From an uncultured virus (IMG/VR IMGVR_UViG_2585428069_000013) (Duplodnaviria > Heunggongvirae > Uroviricota > Caudoviricetes): a stretch of DNA of 64,000 nucleotides. The notes under the pieces are model-generated. The model was not told the DNA's origin, made no database searches, and saw only the letters and a program-made list of their open reading frames with translations. The stretch lies in IMG/VR virus record IMGVR_UViG_2585428069_000013; one strand, given 5' to 3'. Shown piece by piece: positions 48,879 to 58,167 of the stretch; the stretch's first letter is position 1, and every line of letters starts with the position of its first letter. A program made the translations under genes and the position numbers.

Positions 48879-49839
48879 TTCCTATCTCTTGACCAATCAG
48901 TTGCAAAACATCAATAACTACAGAATTACCAAATTGCTTATATGCTTGATTTGAACTTTTACAAATTTTATAGCTATCAGGATATCCCATTATTCTTGCA
49001 CATTCTCTGGGATGTAGTTTTCTGGTCTTTCCATTAATTAGGTATCCACCAGTCTTAGCAAATATTCCTCCTCCGTAAGCCGAAAGCGTAATTGCTATCC
49101 CTTTTGTACTGTATATTCTTTCACCTTGACCACCTTTGTTTACTATACCTAGTCTAATTGGTTTGTTACTGTACTGATTATCTTCAACCCCATTAAAATA
49201 AGTATCTGGACGTTCTATGTATAAATCCTTTACCTGATTTTCATCCTCTAATAAAAAATCTTCAACGTGCCTTTTTAATGGGAATGACTTTGGAAAACTG
49301 AAATCTTCAATGTTTATGTCATTTCTAAAACAAACCATGTAGATACGTTCTCTCTTTTGAGGAATTCCATAGTTAACAGCATTCAAAACTTTCTGATGAA
49401 ATCTATACCCCAATTCCTCCATTATGGCTTTCACAACCGAAACAGTTTTACCATCGTCATGAGAAGCAAAATTCTTAACATTTTCCATAAAAACAATCTT
49501 TGGCTTCTTAGCTTTTATAATTCTTGCTACATCGAAGAATAACGTACCTCTACTGTCGTCAAATCCACGCTGTTTTCCACTTATTGAGAAAGCCTGACAC
49601 GGAAATCCAGCACATAAAATATCATGTTCTGGAATAGAATTTTCATCTACTTGTGTGATGTCCCCTTCTGGAATATCTCCAAAATTATCTGCATAAACTT
49701 CTCGTACGGGTTCATCCCATTCATTTGAATATACACATTTAGCACCCAGTGATTCCAATGCAATTCTAAAACCACCTAATCCAGCAAATAAATCAATAAA
49801 TGTAAAATCAGTAAGTGACTTTTTCTTTATATCAATCAT
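48823..49839 (-). CDS. hhaIM: C5 DNA methyltransferase, M.HhaI orthologue (GCGC)
   Basis: Near-colinear with M.HhaI including the TRD KGGQGERIYST.GIAITLSAYGGGIFAKTGGY. Confidence 0.92.
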   Translation of the reverse strand: MIDIKKKSLTDFTFIDLFAGLGGFRIALESLGAKCVYSNEWDEPVREVYADNFGDIPEGDITQVDENSIPEHDILCAGFPCQAFSISGKQRGFDDSRGTLFFDVARIIKAKKPKIVFMENVKNFASHDDGKTVSVVKAIMEELGYRFHQKVLNAVNYGIPQKRERIYMVCFRNDINIEDFSFPKSFPLKRHVEDFLLEDENQVKDLYIERPDTYFNGVEDNQYSNKPIRLGIVNKGGQGERIYSTKGIAITLSAYGGGIFAKTGGYLINGKTRKLHPRECARIMGYPDSYKICKSSNQAYKQFGNSVVIDVLQLIGQEIGSAMEGAANERDGIQTMAI

Positions 49840-49873
49840 AAGTAATCTCCTTTTTAAAGTTTAAGTATTCCTC

Positions 49874-49905
49874 ATTATTATAGCGCAATGCGCTATAATA
49901 ATCAA
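49874..49905 (-). promoter_or_regulatory. Methylase promoter containing a 14-bp-arm palindrome with two GCGC sites
   Basis: TTGATT-17-TATAAT; ATTATTATAGCGCA-A-TGCGCTATAATAAT. Confidence 0.85.
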
Positions 49906-50164
49906 GCACTTCATCTCTATATCACTAAGTTTTTTCTCAATCAAAATCTGTATTTCTTGTTCCTATATTATACATCTATCCTATCTCCACAACCCTAAGA
50001 AATTATCCATTCTATCTCCTCGACCCTACGCACATTTTTACAGTGGATTTGTTTCCTCAAAACATAAAAATAAGGATTTCTGAGGTTAAAAGGTACTGCC
50101 GAATAACAGGCAGAATATCTTCCAATCTCGGAAACCCTTTATTTATCAGTGTTTTGAGTAGTCC

Positions 50165-50227
50165 TTATTTCTAAACCCTTGACATCAAGACAACACACTC
50201 AACGTGCTTCGTCACTGGAAACATATC
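50165..50227 (-). other. att junction: rumA/rlmD 3'-end-like fragment
   Basis: Encodes DMFPVTKHVECVVLMSRV*, the TrmA/RumA C-terminal motif. Confidence 0.8.
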
Positions 50228-50535
50228 CTACAATGAAGATGCGACAACGTGAGTTGAAAGAACTATCGCTAGTCCCTTTTCAATTAAGCTTCCATTTATT
50301 AAAATATGTTTAAAATATATAGGCTTCAAGCCTTCCTTATTTCCCTAACTCTGGAGAATATTTATTTTCATAGTATTAAATCCCCCAAATTTCCACCTGT
50401 TTTCGCTTTTAAGAGACTCCATGGCTTTGTCATTCAGTTCAATAGGAATACAAATTCCTAATAAACGAACCACTTCAAGCTGATCTCCTACCTTTACTTC
50501 AACAATACTTCCATTAATAACTTTTTCTACAGTTC
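50228..50535 (-). pseudogene. Thermonuclease (SNase) pseudogene, paralogue of 58168-58893
   Basis: TVEKVINGSIVEVKVGDQLEVVRLLGICIPIELNDKAME / YYENKYSPEL / LINGSLIEKGLAIV align to the intact copy, with stops and frameshifts. Confidence 0.75.
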
Positions 50536-50741
50536 ATCCTTTATTATCCTAAATTTAATTCAATATTTAGGAACCTTTTTCTGACTACATCAATTGCCTA
50601 TTATTAACTTAATAGGTATAAACGCTTTAGTCTACTTATATAAATTTTTCTTTTTCAGATTTTACTTCAAATAAATCTTGATGCATTATCTTATCGAACA
50701 CACAATAGCCTTAACACAGCACTATCGTTATTTGTTTACCA

Positions 50742-51344
50742 CTAAATTTTTTCGGCCTTTTTAATTGCTTCGAATAGTCTGCTTAAATTGATTCTCAACA
50801 AATCTGTATCTATAATCGGTCCAGAGTAAAAATGTTCATTATGAAAAGCAACAACAAAATCATAATAACATTTTATTACTTCACCATTACATGCACTTTT
50901 TACTGCATTATAAAAACCACTATTTATAAACTCTTCAATGTTTGAATTAGCTTTATTCCAGTATTCTATATACTTTTTGTGTCGCTCTATTTTATATTCT
51001 AATAATTCATTTGTTCTCTCATCATCATTCAAATACTTTTCTAAAATAGAAAGTCTTCCTTCTACAGTCACAGATCCACCTAACAAATTATCTTCTTCAT
51101 CCAAATAATCAGATTGCGTCATAATACTGTCATAGCTTGGTAGTGACTTTTTTAACGCGTCATGATATGGTCTAATTGATTTTATACTTTGCTGTTTTAT
51201 TTGCTTATTGTTCATCCTTATAGCTATTAATATAGATATTACTGTAGCAACAGCTCCAATCATAGATCCTATAAAAGATAACCAACCATCTGACGAAATT
51301 TTATTAATATCCATAATATCTCCTATACTTTCTATAGATTTCAA
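50742..51344 (-). CDS. Hypothetical protein with a single N-terminal TM helix
   Basis: SSDGWLSFIGSMIGAVATVISILIAI; open 200-aa frame in AT-rich DNA. Confidence 0.6.
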   Translation of the reverse strand: MKSIESIGDIMDINKISSDGWLSFIGSMIGAVATVISILIAIRMNNKQIKQQSIKSIRPYHDALKKSLPSYDSIMTQSDYLDEEDNLLGGSVTVEGRLSILEKYLNDDERTNELLEYKIERHKKYIEYWNKANSNIEEFINSGFYNAVKSACNGEVIKCYYDFVVAFHNEHFYSGPIIDTDLLRINLSRLFEAIKKAEKI

Positions 51345-51641
51345 TTTACAAAATTACTATTTACATTGACGATACTTCATAAATAAAATGTTTATATACT
51401 TTAACTTTCTGTTATTATCAGAATGACAACAGCACACGTCCAATTATATGAATAATGTGAAGTTCAACTGTACGCAAAAAACTCATATTACCTATGATTC
51501 AACCTGCAAACAATATTGCTAATATCTGCAATATAAATTATTAACTAGTTAAACTTTAATTTGTAAATATGTTTCTTTAACTTACGTTATATGCTAGTTG
51601 TTCCAATAACTATCAAATACTAAACTATTTAATAAACCTTT

Positions 51642-53330
51642 TTATTGATTATTTCGTAATGTTTTTAAATTACAAACCTTTTTATAATGTATTCCATCAT
51701 TTCTATTATAATTATAAGTATATGTATCAGGATACATACTCTCTCTTATTATTCTTCCAATCTCTATGCACATTCCTGCAGGTGCTGCAATAAATAAATG
51801 AATCTCTTCATATTTGCTATATATACTATCTAATTTGTTTTTAATAATATTTTTTACTCTTAATACATCATTTCTATAATTCAAGTATCCTAATCTTGGA
51901 CTATCAACTTTAAATGATAATAAATCATATTCTTTTTCTATAACTTGATTAATATCTTCTTGTTTTACTTCTGAACTTACTTCTAGCGCTACAGCTAGAA
52001 TATCATTACTACCATTAATAAAATTCTCTTTTACTGATATATTATCATCTTTTTCATCAAATACCCAACTTTCCTCATTTTCACTATATTGATATATCTT
52101 TATATTGGGTGAATCATTTTGCATTAAATAGCCTAATGAAACTAGTAATGGTATCTGTGCTATAGGAAATATATGAACATTATCAGTTTTTATTTCAGCT
52201 ATTATTGAATCATAAAAAATCACTAAATCTTTTAAATATTTGTTCCAATCATAATCTGATTTTGGATAAATATTTTTATGTCCAAATTTATAATCAGATG
52301 TATTTTTAAGATTATATCTCCTGTTTATTTCTTCATAATCTAAAGGTATACCCATCAACTTAAAGTCAATAATTGTATCTATTTTCTTTGATTTTTCCTT
52401 GTTATACTTCTCTCCCTTTAAATAATACTTACCATGCTTGGCTGCCTCTACTGAATAATCATACATCCATTTTGCAAATGATGTACTCCAATTATAAAAC
52501 ATATAATAACTTTGATTATTATCAACATCAATGTTACCTAAAATAAACCCTGCTGGATAATCATCAAATTCTGCTCTTGCTTGTTTACAAAAGCATAACT
52601 CCATATCTGCATTTCTATCGTGCTCTATAATAGCTTGATGGCAATGCCCTCCTAGATACATATCAATCCCCTTAGCTCTAAATATAGATTTCAGGTTATT
52701 TCTTTCTTGTGGATTTAAATCTTCTAATCTATGATGACCTATTACAATATTAAAATCTTCATTATTTATTGTTTCTAAACACTTATATACATTATTTAGT
52801 CCAACGTGAATTCTGCCATCCTCTACGTTTGAATCATAGCACATCCATGATGTATTTAAGTGGATAATATTTACTCCTTCAATTACTTTCTCAACAAAAT
52901 GTATATTTTCTTTTGGATAATCTCTACCCAAAAGATTTTTGTATGTTATAAAAAAATTATTTTGAGCATCTATCAATAAGCTTATATTATTACTTTCACT
53001 TTCTTCATCTAGTATACCACTTCCCCATAGTTCTTTTACTATATCCTCTCTATTATCTGGAATATTTCTACTTAAATCGTGGTTACCTGGTACTATAAAT
53101 ACTCTTTCTTTAGCTATATCAAGTTTATAAATTAAATCTAATATAAATTCTTCCGCTAAATCATATCCAGAATCTTTATCACTTATATCCCCAGTTATAA
53201 TAATAAAATCAAATTTTTCTTCATTATTTAATTCTTCTACTTCATTAATAAGAGCATCTCTCATTACCTTAGTTTTTATCCCACTACAATATGAGTGTAA
53301 ATCTGATAAGTGTAACCATCTATGTTTCAT
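51642..53330 (-). CDS. CBASS effector: calcineurin-like metallophosphoesterase fused to SAVED
   Basis: HLSDLH, TGD, PGNHD, GHH, GHCH; C-terminal VHIFPIAQIPLLVSLGY, IYQY..W, IHLFIAAPAG....IGR SAVED motifs. Confidence 0.85.
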   Translation of the reverse strand: MKHRWLHLSDLHSYCSGIKTKVMRDALINEVEELNNEEKFDFIIITGDISDKDSGYDLAEEFILDLIYKLDIAKERVFIVPGNHDLSRNIPDNREDIVKELWGSGILDEESESNNISLLIDAQNNFFITYKNLLGRDYPKENIHFVEKVIEGVNIIHLNTSWMCYDSNVEDGRIHVGLNNVYKCLETINNEDFNIVIGHHRLEDLNPQERNNLKSIFRAKGIDMYLGGHCHQAIIEHDRNADMELCFCKQARAEFDDYPAGFILGNIDVDNNQSYYMFYNWSTSFAKWMYDYSVEAAKHGKYYLKGEKYNKEKSKKIDTIIDFKLMGIPLDYEEINRRYNLKNTSDYKFGHKNIYPKSDYDWNKYLKDLVIFYDSIIAEIKTDNVHIFPIAQIPLLVSLGYLMQNDSPNIKIYQYSENEESWVFDEKDDNISVKENFINGSNDILAVALEVSSEVKQEDINQVIEKEYDLLSFKVDSPRLGYLNYRNDVLRVKNIIKNKLDSIYSKYEEIHLFIAAPAGMCIEIGRIIRESMYPDTYTYNYNRNDGIHYKKVCNLKTLRNNQ

Positions 53331-53649
53331 ATCTTTTTCTCCTCGTAAAATTTTATTAAGTCAGCTTTACTTCTTTTGTATTAATATCCCCACTCCATAC
53401 CCTAATTTCTATTATTCCAATTATAATAAAAAAAGCATATCGACTTTCTCCGGATTTACAATTTATCAAAGCTTTTTTCCATGACATTATATCTATCCAA
53501 GAAGGATCTGGTATATCAACTGGATGAGTATACCAATTCCCTTCCTAAACCATAAATTCTACATAAAATCATAAAGAATATTTTTATACTAAGTATTAAC
53601 GTTACAATATTTATAAAAGAACCTATAATAGCCCCCATTTAGTTTGTAC

Positions 53650-54168
53650 TTATATTTTTTTATATAAATCACCATCTTTCTCACATTCAAATATTTCCAC
53701 AATGTGTTTTGTCTCAAAATCACCAACCCATATTCTAATACTTTTTGTACCAGCTATAAGAAAAAACATATATTTACTAGCAGTTCTATCTTTTATCAAT
53801 GTGTCATTCCAATCATCCCAATCTACTATCGATGGGTTAGGAATAGTTTGTGGGTGAGTATGCCACACCCCCATATAAAAGCTTTTTCTGACTCGTGCCT
53901 TTAATAGAAATAGCTTATGGATAGGATCTTTTATTTTAAAATGAATTCTGCTACAAATATCCAATGGCTGAGGATATGTTACATATTCCAAGGAAATGTT
54001 CCCAGTTCTTTCATGCTTGTATCCTAATATAAAACCTCCACCTTCAGGTGCATAATCATCATTTTGAATCCATTTGCTTATTTCCTGAAATACTTCTGGC
54101 AATATATCTACTACTTTTCCATTTGGAAGTTTCATTTTTATACATCTATTAGCTATCTCTATCGCCAC
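53650..54168 (-). CDS. cap3: CBASS Cap3 JAB/MPN isopeptidase
   Basis: EGGG.ILG, YMGVWHTHP...P.PS..D. Confidence 0.9.
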   Translation of the reverse strand: MAIEIANRCIKMKLPNGKVVDILPEVFQEISKWIQNDDYAPEGGGFILGYKHERTGNISLEYVTYPQPLDICSRIHFKIKDPIHKLFLLKARVRKSFYMGVWHTHPQTIPNPSIVDWDDWNDTLIKDRTASKYMFFLIAGTKSIRIWVGDFETKHIVEIFECEKDGDLYKKI

Positions 54169-55792
54169 AGCATTGACACTTCCCTTCTTTAAAAGTATTT
54201 CCTTGATTAATTACAGAAGTAGGCTCTATATCTATTAAACAATTATCTTCAAATTCACCCCTAAAGGTTCTCTTAACCGTATCTAATATAACACTCGTCG
54301 TTCTTAATAGAATTTCAGTACCATAAGCAACTCTTGTAGCTCCGCAGCCATTTCTAATAGTGTTTTGTGTTACTAATTCATCTGGTAATTTATTTGCGCT
54401 ATTATTTACTAAATCGCCTTCTTTATTGGTATATAAACATTCAAAACATCCTTTCTTTGAATAGTCAACTTTCAAAATATGGCTATTTGTTCCTCCTGCT
54501 TCAAGCCAAGAATATATTACTGGTTTATCATAGTTAAACTCTTTAAAAACAGTATTAGCCATAAGTTGGACATCACTGTTCCCTACCGTAAAAATTATCA
54601 TATCAAAACCATGCATATCTTTTTTTAGAATTTCTTGAGTGAGGTATTCATCTTTTTCATTTACAATAATTTCCGGATGCATTAATTCCAAATCATATTT
54701 CATAGCTATCACTTTACTGATATTACTCCATGAAAGCCTTGCTCTGTGGCGCATTATATTTGCTTCTTCTAATGTGTCTTCATCATATAAAGTTAAATTC
54801 TTTATTCCTAACTTCACCAACTCTGTTGCCAAATAGCTTCCAAGGGATCCAACACCAACTATGGCAACCTTTTTATCAACTATTGATGTATCATTTCCGA
54901 TTTGTTCATTTAAAAATAAATAATCGCAACGTTTTGTTTCTACTAGTTCAATTTTTTCAATTGCATTTCCCAATTTATCCATAAGTGTTTCTGTTTTTAA
55001 ATTTTTAAAATATACCAGGCAGCAAAAGTTAATTCTATGATTTAAAACCATCATTTCAAATATAAGAAACGCTCTATTAGATTTTACCTTTACTTTTTTT
55101 ATAGATTCATATGTCTCATGGCCTATTCGTGCTACATCTCTTCCTTTAACAATTTTCAAAATCTCATCAATTTTCCAAAGCTTATCTTTTACTGGTGGCA
55201 ATATCCTTCTATTATCTGTAATTGGAATATAGAATGCACATATATTATGTACAAAGCTCCATGCATCTTTGTCATTCAGCTTAATTCCATTTGTTACGGC
55301 TCTAAACATCTTATTTTTATTTTGGTAAACATTCATACTTTGAAACACTCTATCCGAAGCAACATATAATCTCAAAGGAATATCATAATTTACTAGTTGA
55401 TTCCAATAGTACAAAAATTCTTTTTGAAATTCTTCCTCTATTTCCAATGGTGATAAAGATAATAGATGAATAAGACGGTCTATGGTATCAATTATTTTTT
55501 CTTCGTATGACATTAAGTAATTAATTATATCTCCTGATTCATGAAGACATACTAAACGATATTTCTGCTTATCTTTATCTATTGGAATTTCAAATTGCAT
55601 TATATGCGGATAATCATATTGACTATCATTCTTTACTAAAATAAATGGTTTGCTAGTCCTTTTTTCTTCTTTTGAATACCAAATGCCATATTCCTTATCC
55701 TTGAGTTTGAAAAATACAATATCATCTTCTTCGCATAAAATTTGTATTTCATCATATGTAGATAGTATCTCTTTAATAATTTGATTCTCCAC
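54149..55792 (-). CDS. cap2: CBASS Cap2 E2-E1 (ThiF) fusion
   Basis: N-terminal YPHI..LVCL..EF..EF..YW E2-like; VAIVGVGSLGS, N..RH, GCFECL, GCG, CQCC; start probably GTG 55792. Confidence 0.88.
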   Translation of the reverse strand: MENQIIKEILSTYDEIQILCEEDDIVFFKLKDKEYGIWYSKEEKRTSKPFILVKNDSQYDYPHIMQFEIPIDKDKQKYRLVCLHESGDIINYLMSYEEKIIDTIDRLIHLLSLSPLEIEEEFQKEFLYYWNQLVNYDIPLRLYVASDRVFQSMNVYQNKNKMFRAVTNGIKLNDKDAWSFVHNICAFYIPITDNRRILPPVKDKLWKIDEILKIVKGRDVARIGHETYESIKKVKVKSNRAFLIFEMMVLNHRINFCCLVYFKNLKTETLMDKLGNAIEKIELVETKRCDYLFLNEQIGNDTSIVDKKVAIVGVGSLGSYLATELVKLGIKNLTLYDEDTLEEANIMRHRARLSWSNISKVIAMKYDLELMHPEIIVNEKDEYLTQEILKKDMHGFDMIIFTVGNSDVQLMANTVFKEFNYDKPVIYSWLEAGGTNSHILKVDYSKKGCFECLYTNKEGDLVNNSANKLPDELVTQNTIRNGCGATRVAYGTEILLRTTSVILDTVKRTFRGEFEDNCLIDIEPTSVINQGNTFKEGKCQCCGDRDS

Positions 55793-56831
55793 CAAAATTA
55801 TGCTCCTTTTTACTAGATGCGTTTGATGATGTTGATACATTTACTTGTTTTACCGGCACTTTAAATTCATCGCCAAAAACTTTTTGTACACTTAACCCTG
55901 CATCGTGTTCAGATTCTTCATTACATGCATCAGTTAAATTTTGTAATGCCGTATTTAATTTATCATAAAATTTAACTCCATATGTATCACTGCTATCTTT
56001 CATCTTCTTAAAAACATCTGTCCACGGTGTTACAGGTAAAGATCTTGAAATATTTGCTTTTACAAGCACTCCATTTTCATATGTTAAAGAAAATTTGTTA
56101 ATAATACCTTGAATTGTTTTTTGTAAGGATGATAAATCATCATCTCCTTCGGAGCTTGTACTTGCAATAAAGCAATCGCATGCAAGAAGAGTAAGTCCTA
56201 TACTTGGTGGCACTTCATGATCCAAAGTTGAATTATAATATTTCTCTAATTTCCACTTCTTAATATAGCGGATGATTCTTCTTAGTTGATTATTACCATT
56301 GATCTTACCTATAAGATAGTCATTTAGTCCTTTAGGATCTGCTGGTTCCCATGAATAATTACCTTCAGTTGCAAATTCCCTACCTCTGGCAAGATATATA
56401 TTCCCATTATGCTTTGCATACAATGGTAGATCTATATGCATCCATTCAGTTCCATTTTCAACATAGGATACATTTAAACATGGTTCTTTAATAGTAACAG
56501 ATCTATTCCATAAATTTATCGCATCCCTACCATATCCTTTAATTTTTCTTGGATCACTATTTTGATCGATATCAAGTGGAAACATAACTGCAACATCTCT
56601 ATCAATACTTCCACCATGATTATTCTTAATTGTAGTATGCAACTTATAACTTCCCTGATCAAATATTTCAATATCACTCTTTTTTACTTCAATATCATGT
56701 TTTTCGCATTCCGATGGAAAATTACTCTTAAAATTATTCTCCAAAGTTTCCCTTTTTTCTATAAGGTCTTCAACCTCTGTGTCGATTGTAATTTCTTTGT
56801 AGAAATCTTCAAACTGCTTTTTTAATTTCAT
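55773..56831 (-). CDS. CD-NTase (cGAS/DncV-like cyclic oligonucleotide synthase)
   Basis: QGSY...T.IK, DRD acidic pair, KEPC, HIDLPLY, W..ADPK, LRRIIRYIK.W, VFG..F. Confidence 0.9.
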   Translation of the reverse strand: MKLKKQFEDFYKEITIDTEVEDLIEKRETLENNFKSNFPSECEKHDIEVKKSDIEIFDQGSYKLHTTIKNNHGGSIDRDVAVMFPLDIDQNSDPRKIKGYGRDAINLWNRSVTIKEPCLNVSYVENGTEWMHIDLPLYAKHNGNIYLARGREFATEGNYSWEPADPKGLNDYLIGKINGNNQLRRIIRYIKKWKLEKYYNSTLDHEVPPSIGLTLLACDCFIASTSSEGDDDLSSLQKTIQGIINKFSLTYENGVLVKANISRSLPVTPWTDVFKKMKDSSDTYGVKFYDKLNTALQNLTDACNEESEHDAGLSVQKVFGDEFKVPVKQVNVSTSSNASSKKEHNFGGESNY

Positions 56832-57363
56832 AATGTAACTCCTCCTAACTTTTTATTACCAGTCATTTTTGTGAACGATTATTTGAATAGATAAAACAGC
56901 TACACCTATACTTGAGAAAAATGTTTCATTTCAGATCTGGTATTCAAACTTTCACTTAATATAGAACTTATAAGTATTCTTGGCCTAAAATCATTAAAAC
57001 ACGACCTTTCATAATTGAATTAAATAAAATTTTCAAGTTACACAGATAATGAACTGTTATCAATAATTTAATACCTTCTTAAACTTCCGGTTATAGACAT
57101 TAGATATATTACATAATTCATTGATTAATTTGCATATAATACAAATTCTACAAATTAACCTAAATTCCTCCATACACAGCTAAATTTGTACTATTTTAAT
57201 ACCAAACTTAAAAAAGGTAGCCCCCTCGCTACCTTATATAAATATTCAGTCTATTATTCTTATAATCTTATACTGGTGACACAAGATAAGAATGCTTCGT
57301 CATATTTGATTAATAGATATGCTTAAAATTCTTCTTTATAGTATGTTGAAAATGCGGTGGTAA

Positions 57364-57660
57364 TTAATACTTTTTGATATGTTGAAAATTATTTACTTCA
57401 ACATCCCCTTCTCCATGCACTGCAATTTTAAACAAACAACACCTAATCCAAGATTGTTGTCCGACATATGGTTTTATCCGTATTTTAAGTACAAAAATGA
57501 ATGAACGATAAGCATTAGGTTTCTCCACTCTTAAAATATCAATGTTCCAAGGGGCAACTGTCGGTACATCAGTTAGAAATTTTGTAAAATAATCCTCTAC
57601 TGATTTCTGTATAAATGGCATAAGTAGAGAGCAGAAAATATCTTGATATAGTTCTTACTT
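57364..57660 (-). pseudogene. Degenerate DUF3888-like gene
   Basis: ELYQDIFCSLLMPFIQKSV.DY..PTVAP..IDIL.VE...RSF.F...PYVG preceded by an in-frame TAA. Confidence 0.5.
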
Positions 57661-57878
57661 TGAAATTTCGACAGACTTTTAAATAATATTATTGATACTC
57701 CTTGTCTTTTCTTTATCAGTAATCTTTCTGTATTCTTAAAAACTTTTGTAGATTTTGCTCATGGTGCTTCAGTACCTCATCTATTTTCTTTTTTATATCA
57801 CGTTTTTCTCAAAAAAAATATGCTAATATGGAATAATCGAAAAATAAAACACTCAAAAGTACACATTTCTCTCCGTTC

Positions 57879-58046
57879 CCATTACTTACTACTTAAAAAG
57901 GACAAATATATATGATATAATACAATTAAGCGAAAAGTAAACGATACCAATATGATAGCGTTTATTAAGCAAGGGATAATGAGAGGTCTCCTTGCTCTTT
58001 TTTTATTTCCTATATTATACCTACCCTACTTCCATTACTTACTACT
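57879..58046 (+). repeat. 15-bp direct repeat CCATTACTTACTACT x2
   Basis: 57879-57893 and 58032-58046. Confidence 0.8.
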
Positions 58047-58167
58047 GAAAACGAATGCAGTGATATGGTATATATTATTAGAAAAAACATTTCTACACAT
58101 TTTTAAACACTCTTAAAACAAGGCATACTATGGGGGTAGGATGCCTTGTTTTTTTGTTTTCCTTTAG

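Larger units (their letters stand above)
692..50227 (-). mobile_element. Temperate siphoviral prophage, serine-recombinase / rumA-att type; left end probably extends past the window
   Basis: Complete co-oriented replication, packaging, head, tail, lysis and recombinase modules; att-like rumA 3' fragment at 50165-50227; compositional shift at that point. Confidence 0.92.

Noticed and set aside
51400..51640. Possible integron attC-like motifs (CGTTATATGC) near the defence genes
   Set aside because: No matching inverse core, no repeated sites and no integron integrase
55793..55840. ORF-track start of cap2
   Set aside because: Deep inside the CD-NTase gene; the AAGGAG RBS supports a start at 55792-55795
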